Shown here: piece by piece, positions 8,893-16,728 of the stretch | Layout: each line of letters starts with the position of its first letter | Numbering within the stretch: position 1 is the stretch's first letter | Source of the DNA: Candidatus Nomurabacteria bacterium | GTDB lineage: Bacteria > Patescibacteriota > Minisyncoccia > Phycocordibacterales > UBA9973 | Assembly (NCBI GenBank): GCA_016699365.1 | Contig: CP064973.1 | Location: 195-64,194 of the forward strand | DNA: 64,000 nt | Direction of reading: 5' to 3' | The notes under the pieces: model-generated | Told to the model about the DNA's origin: nothing | The model's input: the letters and a program-made list of their open reading frames with translations, nothing else | The model's database searches: none | Position numbers and translations under genes: made by a program

Positions 8893-9430
8893 TTATTTTA
8901 TTAAAAATTGAATTATAAAAAAGTTAAAACTTAAATTTACCAAGAAATGAGAAATACCCAATAAATAAATATTTCTGAATTTCAAGAAATGCCAGCCCCA
9001 GAAATATCCACCAACAAATGTTAGTGCAGCGAAAATAATACCTGCACTAGACCATGCATATGGAGCTATCAAATGAAACAAAACAAAAATTAAAATACTC
9101 CCCCCATAGCGCTTTTTGCTTACCAAAGCGCTCTAGAGAACTTATTGTTATGCTTCTAAATACAATCTCTTGAATAAAGGTTATAAGTAATAATCCAAAT
9201 AATGGATCCTTGTCTACCATCCAACTAGGAAGTTCTAAAAACTTATTCACAATTGTGAATTGCACTAAAGCAAAAATACTGGCGTTAAACAGTATTATTT
9301 GCCACCATCCATTAAAAAGTGGTTTTGGAGAAAAGCCTAGTTTATCCCAATTAATTTTTTTAACTGAAATCACTAAGATTATAAAAACTATGACACTAAC
9401 AATTATAAATAAATTTTCTGCGAATGTCAT
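8893..9430 (-). pseudogene. CPBP-family (CAAX/Abi) intramembrane metalloprotease, split by a frameshift at a C6/G6 homopolymer (9100-9105)
   Basis: Upstream frame carries EExxxR (QEIVFRS); downstream frame carries FxxxH (FVLFH) and HxxxN (HFLVN). The two ORFs overlap in different frames at the homopolymer. Start set at MTFAEN (9430) to avoid tRNA-Phe. Confidence 0.55.
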
Positions 9431-9444
9431 AGATATTTTAGTTG

Positions 9445-9517
9445 TGCTCAGGACCAGAGTTGAACTGGTGACATCTCCCTCTTCAGGGGAGCGCTCTACC
9501 AACTGAGCTACCTGAGC
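9445..9517 (-). tRNA. tRNA-Phe (anticodon GAA)
   Basis: Cloverleaf GCTCAGG acceptor, AGTTGGTA D-loop, anticodon loop CTGAAGA, T-arm ACCAG-TTCAACT-CTGGT. Confidence 0.9.
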
Positions 9518-9523
9518 AAATGA

Positions 9524-9814
9524 TTAATTGGACTGAATCTGTCTCAAAATCTCACTTACACTTCCTATATCAGGAATACTTTCTTCTATATTACCAATTG
9601 TGTTTGTTGTATTGGTATAAACAGACACAAGGCTCTCTACATAAGGCTTTATGTAGTAAAATGCCCCAAAAGCCATAGCTACGATAATCAACCAATATAT
9701 GACTCGCATAGTCATAGTATTTTTTTGTACTCTTCGTACCTTTTTGAGCATAGCGTGATTTTCACGCGTAAGCTCATAAACCTCATCGAGTTTTTTGCTT
9801 TCTTCTGGGGTCAC
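9524..9814 (-). CDS. Small membrane protein (hypothetical, 96 aa) located between two tRNA genes
   Basis: ORF with a central transmembrane helix. Confidence 0.4.
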   Translation of the reverse strand: MTPEESKKLDEVYELTRENHAMLKKVRRVQKNTMTMRVIYWLIIVAMAFGAFYYIKPYVESLVSVYTNTTNTIGNIEESIPDIGSVSEILRQIQSN

Positions 9815-9885
9815 AGAGAAACAATATCATAAAATAGTTTCTTTTTCAAAGGGGTGCTTACAGATAATTCCATTGTCCTCCATTG

Positions 9886-9957
9886 TGCCCCCGGCACGAA
9901 TCGAACGTACATCTATCCCTTAGGACGGGACTGTTCTATCCATTGAACTACGGGGGC
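9886..9957 (-). tRNA. tRNA-Arg (anticodon CCT)
   Basis: Cloverleaf GCCCCCG acceptor, anticodon loop GTCCTAA, T-arm GTACG-TTCGATT-CGTGC. Confidence 0.8.
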
Positions 9958-10005
9958 AAATATAAAAACACCTCTCTCGGTGCTTTTATACCATATTTTT
10001 ACATT

Positions 10006-10242
10006 TTAACTTAGACCCAAGAGTTCCATTATTTTTGGCTTGTTGAAGCCTACTATAAAATCATTGCCTATACTGATTACTGGAACACCCATTTGCCCAC
10101 TTCTAGCCACCATCTCTTTACGTTTTTCTAAATCACTAGCAACGTCAAATTCTGTATAGTCGATACCTTCTGCCTTGAAGTATTCCTTTGCCATTTGGCA
10201 AAAGTGACATGTTGGTGTGCTGTATATTGTTACTGGTTTCAT
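10006..10242 (-). CDS. Glutaredoxin-like protein (thioredoxin fold, CHFC active site)
   Basis: MKPVTIYSTPTCHFCQMAKEYF...GVPVISIG pattern typical of Grx/NrdH-like proteins. Confidence 0.7.
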   Translation of the reverse strand: MKPVTIYSTPTCHFCQMAKEYFKAEGIDYTEFDVASDLEKRKEMVARSGQMGVPVISIGNDFIVGFNKPKIMELLGLS

Positions 10243-10308
10243 ATATTTTTTGGAGCAGAAGCTCAAATTAATTTTTATATTTCTATTATAACATATGAGT
10301 CAAGTGGC

Positions 10309-10698
10309 CTAATTCCTAGGGGCGAAAAAGTTACCGAAGAAGGTATTGAACCTTTGTCCTATTGTTTTCGTTTCTTGGCTTTCTGTGTCTAGGTCATCGT
10401 CTGTTATAACTACCAAACCCTCTCCCTCTTTTGCCACACGGTAAGTATCACGAAGACTTTTTTCTACACCTTCTTTTGTCTCGAAACTCTCAATACTGTC
10501 TGTCAATTTTTCCTCCCTATCCAAAAGCTCATTGTACTCGGCCATTGCTTGTTCTTTGTTCTCTATCGCCTCTCTACTTTTCATATACATATCAAAAGTA
10601 GATTTAATCAAAATTATACAAATTATAAAAAGAGCCAAAAGCATGCCTCGGGAGTGTAAGAATTTTCTTATTTTTTGCTTATCTTGATAACTACTCAT
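10309..10698 (-). CDS. Single-pass membrane protein with coiled coil, possible FtsB/DivIC-like septum protein
   Basis: N-terminal TM helix followed by a heptad-rich region; weak assignment. Confidence 0.3.
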   Translation of the reverse strand: MSSYQDKQKIRKFLHSRGMLLALFIICIILIKSTFDMYMKSREAIENKEQAMAEYNELLDREEKLTDSIESFETKEGVEKSLRDTYRVAKEGEGLVVITDDDLDTESQETKTIGQRFNTFFGNFFAPRN

Positions 10699-10872
10699 AA
10701 TCTATGTATAATCAGGGCCAATATTATTATATTATTCAGTATACATTACACAATGCTATTCAATAAAAAACACAAGAAGAAAGTCGCTCTAATTTGGGCT
10801 ATACTATGCTGCCTAGTAATCATAAGTATGATCATGCTATATATGCCTAGTGTTACATCAAACTATTAGATC

Positions 10873-12675
10873 TTACTGAGAATCAGTAGTATTGCGCATC
10901 ATTTTCAAGAAAACATCGTGTGGAATATTTACCTTTCCGCGCTCTTTCATTTTCTTCTTTCCTTTCTTTTGTTTCTCCAATAGCTTCATCTTTCGGGTAA
11001 TATCTCCACCGTACAAGTATCCAGTCACATCCTTTCTAAATGCTTTCAATGTTCTAGAAGCCAATATTCTACCCAATGCCTTGCCTTGTATTTTTGCTAC
11101 GAACATTTGTCTAGGTAAGATGTTGGACAATTTCTCCACGGCTTTCTCTGCTTCATCATATGCTCTTTTGCGCGATACAACCCTCGTAAAGGCCACTACA
11201 GGCTCGTCAGCGATAAGAATATCCATTCGGGTTACATCTGCATCACGCATACCTGAAATCTCGTATGAAATCGAAGCATAGCCACTAGAAACACTCTTTA
11301 GTTCGTCAAAGAAATTTCTCATCATCTCTCGAAGTGGCATAGTTAGTGATAGCGATGTCCTCTTGTCTCCAAAGTTTTCAGTATCACCTATTTCTGCCTC
11401 ATGGTCATAGAGCAATGTCATTATTGGACCCAAGTATTCTAGTGGAGTAATCAGGGTGATATTTACCCAAGGCTCACGTATTTTTAAAATCTGTCCATCA
11501 TCTGGAAAAAGATGTGGCGAATATACTGTTATAACTTTTTCATTTTTATCAGTTACTTCGTAAGTAACCCCTGGAGTTGTTATAACAAGATCTAGATTGA
11601 ATTCTCTGCGCAATCTTTCGGTAATTATCTCCAAATGCAACATACCCAAGAAGCCAGCTCTAAATCCCCGTCCCAATGTTCCAGAAGTTTCTTCTTCAAA
11701 AGAAAAAGCGGAATCAGACAAACGTAGTCTACCAAGTGCAGTTTTTAAAGCAGGAAAATCATCCTGACTTTCTGGATATATAGATGCCCAGACTACTGGT
11801 CTTGGTTGCATATAACCCGGCAACGCATTTCCAGAATTTTTAAAAGTAGTAATAGTATCTCCCACCGAAGCAATACCTGGCTTTTTAATACCAGTTACAA
11901 TATAGCCAATTTCACCTGGAACCAATTTTGGTTTTGGAGTTTCTTCTGGAGAAAAAGTTCCGACTTCCAGCGATATAAATTTTTCGTTTGCAACTCTGAA
12001 AATTAGTTCATCATGTCTAGCTATCTCACCATCAAAAACTCGAACATACACTATAACTCCTTCGTGGTTTGAATATTTAAAATCGAAGACCAATGAACTT
12101 GGGACATTACTCTTGGATTCGTTTGGAGAAGGGATTCTTTCTATGATTTGATCCAGTAATTCCTTTACACCTTCACCTGTTCTACCAGACACACCTAAAA
12201 CAGTATCTGGATCAATTTCTAAAAGGAGAGCTAGTTCTAGTTTTACCTCGTCTACTCTAGCAAGTGGAGAATCTATTTTTGAGACAACAGGAATAATCTT
12301 CAATCCAGATTCTCTAGCCATCGCGAGAGTGGTCAAAGTTTGAGCCTGAACACCTTGTGTAGCATCCACCAAGAGTATAGACCCCTCTACCGCTTTTAGA
12401 GCTCTTGAGACCTCATATGAGAAGTCTATGTGCCCAGGAGTATCAATTAGATTCAAAATATATTTCTCGCCACCACTAGTAAAATCCATGCGAACAGGCT
12501 GCATTTTGATTGTTATACCCCTCTCTCTTTCGAGCTCCATAGAATCCAAGACTTGATCTTTCATTTTGCGAGCCTCGATTGTGCCTGTAATTTCAAGCAT
12601 TCTATCGGCAAGAGTGGACTTGCCGTGATCGATATGGGCTATGATACTGAAGTTTCGGATGTTCTTTATAGACAT
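10873..12675 (-). CDS. lepA: Elongation factor 4 (LepA)
   Basis: NIRNFSIIAHIDHGKSTLADR G1 motif, DTPGH, LepA C-terminal domain. Confidence 0.92.
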   Translation of the reverse strand: MSIKNIRNFSIIAHIDHGKSTLADRMLEITGTIEARKMKDQVLDSMELERERGITIKMQPVRMDFTSGGEKYILNLIDTPGHIDFSYEVSRALKAVEGSILLVDATQGVQAQTLTTLAMARESGLKIIPVVSKIDSPLARVDEVKLELALLLEIDPDTVLGVSGRTGEGVKELLDQIIERIPSPNESKSNVPSSLVFDFKYSNHEGVIVYVRVFDGEIARHDELIFRVANEKFISLEVGTFSPEETPKPKLVPGEIGYIVTGIKKPGIASVGDTITTFKNSGNALPGYMQPRPVVWASIYPESQDDFPALKTALGRLRLSDSAFSFEEETSGTLGRGFRAGFLGMLHLEIITERLRREFNLDLVITTPGVTYEVTDKNEKVITVYSPHLFPDDGQILKIREPWVNITLITPLEYLGPIMTLLYDHEAEIGDTENFGDKRTSLSLTMPLREMMRNFFDELKSVSSGYASISYEISGMRDADVTRMDILIADEPVVAFTRVVSRKRAYDEAEKAVEKLSNILPRQMFVAKIQGKALGRILASRTLKAFRKDVTGYLYGGDITRKMKLLEKQKKGKKKMKERGKVNIPHDVFLKMMRNTTDSQ

Positions 12676-12717
12676 GCGTGTATATTAACAGAAAATTCGT
12701 TAAGAAAAAGCTTTTTA

Positions 12718-14397
12718 TTATAAATCGGATTGTTCTGGGGCAATAATTGGAGCCTTCCAAAACTTTGCTGAAACAGAGTTTGTAAGAGCTCGGAGCTCCT
12801 GACTTTTAAGTAAATAGAGCACCAAGACCCCCGCTGCAATACCAATTACCCCAGACACTAGCCCTTGGAGCAAGATACCCCAAAATGTTTCCATTGAAAA
12901 AATAGTATCGAAGATATCTAGACACTTGTACGCAACAAAACCCATAAAAAATGCTCCGGCGAAACTCTGTAAAAATACACGTGAAATTTTAATCGTAGCC
13001 TTTTTGCAAAAATCCTTCCTGAACAGATGCCAGAGTAAAGTGAAGTTTAGAATTGTTCCCAAAGAATAAGCCAGTGGTAACATCAATACCTGTGTCTTGT
13101 CTAAGCCTTCTACTCGCATAAGATTTTCCACAAAATATCTAAATGCTACGTGTGAATTAAAAATATTTATAAGCACATGAGCAATAATAATAGTAAAAAG
13201 GGCTGAAAAAATATTTATCAATAGGGGCTTCTTGGTATTCCCCGCTGCGTAATATCCTCTAACAAATAAATGCACCAAACTCTGTGCCACGAGTGATATA
13301 GAAAACAAAGCTAGGGCTGCAGCAGTAATACGTGTATCTGTCCAAGAAAAAGATCCCGTTCCAAGTATTACACGTACTATTTGAGCACGTAGAACTATGA
13401 ACAAAAATACGATTGGCAAAGACCAGAAAATAATCTTCTTTGAAGCTTCTAGTATATGGTCAACAAAAAGAGTTTGTTCGTTTGTCGTAAAGAATCTTAC
13501 GAGGGTTGGAAAAGACGCAACTGAATAGCTTATACCGATAATCCCTATTGGAACAGACTGAAGATTATAAGAGAAAGTGAACATGGAAATTGCGCCATCG
13601 CCCAGTTTTGAAATCATAGCCACCAAAACAAGAATTGATATGTTGTTTAAAGACAATCCCAATGTTCTCGGCAAAGAGAGTGTCACAACACTTCTTATGT
13701 CAGACCAATTTATATGTATAGAAAATTTTGGGAAAAAAGTATGAGAAAGTAACACAGGAAGTTGTATTCCCAAATGCAACAATCCTCCCAACACTACACC
13801 CAAAGCTAGGCCATTTACTCCAAAAGTTGGGTATAAGAAAAATATCCCTAAAAGAATTCCTAGATTGTAAAAAACAGGAGAAAGCGAATACACGAAAAAT
13901 TTATTAAACATTTGAGTTACTGAACCCAAAATATTTGAAGCACCTAAAAGTATAGGAGACAGTAGCATTATTCTACTAACCTCTATTAATTTATCTAAAC
14001 TTTCTGGACCAAAGCCTGGTGCAATTATAGGAGCTATGCGTGGCATAAAAATAGCAATAAGGACACTTGCAAAAGCTATTACTACAAGAAAAGATGTAAA
14101 AACATCACTAAAAAATTTCCTAGCTTTAATATATGTTGGATCATCCATGCGTTCCAGTAAAAAAGGTAAGAGGATTGTAACTGAAGCAAGTGAGGCAATT
14201 GATATATATAGAAAATCAGGTATTCGAAAAGCAGCATAATATACATCCAGGTTTGTGGACGGACCGAGATAATGCGCCAGTGCCCTATCTCTAAACAATC
14301 CTAAGATTTGAGACAAAAAAGCAAAAGCACCCAATATCAATGCGGCTTCATTTACAGCAAATTCTTTATTTAATAGAGAGAAAATCTTCTTAACCAT
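12718..14397 (-). CDS. murJ: Lipid II flippase MurJ/MviN
   Basis: Conserved N-terminus LGLFRDRALAHYLGPS, 14-TM MOP-superfamily architecture. Confidence 0.85.
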   Translation of the reverse strand: MVKKIFSLLNKEFAVNEAALILGAFAFLSQILGLFRDRALAHYLGPSTNLDVYYAAFRIPDFLYISIASLASVTILLPFLLERMDDPTYIKARKFFSDVFTSFLVVIAFASVLIAIFMPRIAPIIAPGFGPESLDKLIEVSRIMLLSPILLGASNILGSVTQMFNKFFVYSLSPVFYNLGILLGIFFLYPTFGVNGLALGVVLGGLLHLGIQLPVLLSHTFFPKFSIHINWSDIRSVVTLSLPRTLGLSLNNISILVLVAMISKLGDGAISMFTFSYNLQSVPIGIIGISYSVASFPTLVRFFTTNEQTLFVDHILEASKKIIFWSLPIVFLFIVLRAQIVRVILGTGSFSWTDTRITAAALALFSISLVAQSLVHLFVRGYYAAGNTKKPLLINIFSALFTIIIAHVLINIFNSHVAFRYFVENLMRVEGLDKTQVLMLPLAYSLGTILNFTLLWHLFRKDFCKKATIKISRVFLQSFAGAFFMGFVAYKCLDIFDTIFSMETFWGILLQGLVSGVIGIAAGVLVLYLLKSQELRALTNSVSAKFWKAPIIAPEQSDL

Positions 14398-14401
14398 AGA
14401 C

Positions 14402-16675
14402 CTATTGTGATTCTGCGCTATCTATCGTATCTATTTCTAAATTTTCAGTATAAGCGTCTATGTTTTGCCCTTTTTCTAATTTCTCCAATATACTTTCTAT
14501 CTGTTTGTTTCCAGGAATTTTATTATTGATATCTTTGAAAACTACAATTGCATCTTTTTCTCTTCCAAGTTTTTCGTATACAACACCAAGTAAATATTCA
14601 TATTCTATATTTGAAGGATCGGCAAACAAAGCCTGAACGATTCTGTTCAAAGCTTCATCGTTATCTCCCTCTTCCAGATAGATCTGAGAAGTTAGAAACA
14701 AAGCCTCACCATAATTTTGCTTAAGAGCAAGCGCTTTATCTATATTGATCTTAGCTTGTGGAATATTATCATTTGCAAGTTCTAGTCGAGCGAGTAGAAG
14801 ATATATAGAAGGAGAATTTGGATTCAAAACTAACGCACTTTCATAAGATGCTTTTGCACTCTCATAAGAACCTTCTATATCAAGAGGTACGACACCTTTG
14901 TATATATTTCCAAGCAATACCCAATTGAAAAAATTGGTTCTGTCTTTGGAAATTGCCAGCTTTGCACTATTTTCAGCATTCAAGAAATAACTCTGAAATT
15001 GAGACCCTACGAATTCGTCGGACAACCCAGAGGAATTCATTAATATATTTAATTTTGAATAATAGTAATTGGCCAAATTCTGATAGGCAAAGTCTGCTTT
15101 CGAATTATTTCTAGCAGATGACACAAAAGACTTTTCAGCTTTATTGAAAGTATCTACGTTTTGAGTCCTGCGAAAACCTTGGTCAGTATATGCCACAGCT
15201 ACAAATTTTTTAGTATATATATAACCCATAGATAAAGTGGCTATAAACAAGACAGATATGGTCAGTATTGAGAAAAAGCTTTTTCTAGGATCTTTAAGAA
15301 AAGATATTTTATATTGACCGATAAGTTTACGCTCTTCTAGAGTGTTTATAAAAATACCTATCATTACAAAAGTTAAGAATATAATAGTTATGTTCGGTAC
15401 AGAAATCCATAAAAAAATCAAAAAGTATGCAGCTAGTATAAATGAACTCAATAAAAAGAAATTTGCCATTGGCTCTACGGAGAATGAAAAAACTTTTTTT
15501 ATACCAAAGTAGAAAAAATACACCAAGAAAAATAGTAAGGATAAAAATACAAGCGGACCTGATGTAACTAAAAATGTTGGAATAAAACCAAATCCTTGAG
15601 AAAAGTTTGTATCCCAAAATGTTGTCTGCAACACTTTTACAGGACGAAACTGCGCCCAAGCATTTTCAAAACGATTGGCCCCAAAACCAAAAACTGGATC
15701 TTGAGCCAAAACCTGTTTAGCCACCTCAAAAGTAGTACTAACAGAGGGCCTGAATTCTACATTGTAAACGCCCAAATTGTTGGAAAAAATCTGACCAACT
15801 AAAGGATTTGCTAACACAAACACAAGAGATACCATAACCACACTAAATGAAATAGCAGGGAAAAATCTTTTTTCTAAAATATTATTGGTATCTTGTGTGG
15901 CATTTCCATTTCTAATAACTGTCATTGCGTATATGAAAATTATCAAAGAAAACAGACCGACCAATACCCAAGCGCTTATAGAGTTTATAAGCATTAAGAA
16001 AAATAAACAGGCTCCAATTAAAACCAGTGTAAATATTTTTTGAACCTTACCAATTTTGAGCAATTCAACCATAGCAACAGCAAGTAATATAATTGCTCCT
16101 AAAAATACAGAGAAATCACTCCATTTGCCGATAAGATTTATTGTCTTAGATGAAAAAATACCTATACCTAAAGTATTTGGTCCAACAATAATTAAAACTA
16201 GCTGCCATAATATAGAGATTATTGATACTCCCAATATTAAAAAATATACTGATGATTTTCTACTTGGACCACCGATAAGCACACTACCTAAAAATAGAGT
16301 GAGGAACATCAACAAAATACTACTAGTAGTACCTATATCAAAACCCGTTCCTATAAAAGAGACGTTCGGTGCAACAGAAAAAAGAGAAGACAATACAGTA
16401 AAAAATAGTGTGCCTAGAAATGCAAAAATCAGAGGGGTTTTTGGTAAAGAAATATTCCCGTCTAACAATTTAGCAAGCAACCAAAAAGTAAAGGAAGTGC
16501 ATATACCTATAGATATTAGATAACTTTTTGATATATCAAAAGCTATAGTTGTAAACGGTATAAAAAAAATCGGTACAAGCGCAATGGTTATCAAATATGC
16601 GTAATATGAAATTTTTGCAAATAATTTTGCTTTACTTGTTTCTACTGAGCGGATGCTTGTATTTATAGTATCCAT
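14402..16675 (-). CDS. Large polytopic membrane protein with C-terminal TPR repeats (O-antigen ligase/polymerase-like)
   Basis: Over 10 TM helices followed by multiple 34-residue TPR-like repeats. Confidence 0.45.
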   Translation of the reverse strand: MDTINTSIRSVETSKAKLFAKISYYAYLITIALVPIFFIPFTTIAFDISKSYLISIGICTSFTFWLLAKLLDGNISLPKTPLIFAFLGTLFFTVLSSLFSVAPNVSFIGTGFDIGTTSSILLMFLTLFLGSVLIGGPSRKSSVYFLILGVSIISILWQLVLIIVGPNTLGIGIFSSKTINLIGKWSDFSVFLGAIILLAVAMVELLKIGKVQKIFTLVLIGACLFFLMLINSISAWVLVGLFSLIIFIYAMTVIRNGNATQDTNNILEKRFFPAISFSVVMVSLVFVLANPLVGQIFSNNLGVYNVEFRPSVSTTFEVAKQVLAQDPVFGFGANRFENAWAQFRPVKVLQTTFWDTNFSQGFGFIPTFLVTSGPLVFLSLLFFLVYFFYFGIKKVFSFSVEPMANFFLLSSFILAAYFLIFLWISVPNITIIFLTFVMIGIFINTLEERKLIGQYKISFLKDPRKSFFSILTISVLFIATLSMGYIYTKKFVAVAYTDQGFRRTQNVDTFNKAEKSFVSSARNNSKADFAYQNLANYYYSKLNILMNSSGLSDEFVGSQFQSYFLNAENSAKLAISKDRTNFFNWVLLGNIYKGVVPLDIEGSYESAKASYESALVLNPNSPSIYLLLARLELANDNIPQAKINIDKALALKQNYGEALFLTSQIYLEEGDNDEALNRIVQALFADPSNIEYEYLLGVVYEKLGREKDAIVVFKDINNKIPGNKQIESILEKLEKGQNIDAYTENLEIDTIDSAESQ

Positions 16676-16728
16676 GCGGTTAATTATAGTACAAATCTAG
16701 CAAAAAGACCCAGGTGTAATATGGGGAT

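Noticed and set aside
10753-10869. Small ORF (MLFNKKHKKKVALIWAILCCLVIISMIMLYMPSVTSNY) between the FtsB-like gene and lepA
   Set aside because: It is plausibly a 38-aa single-TM protein, but it is too short and lacks supporting signals (no clear RBS or promoter seen) to annotate with confidence.
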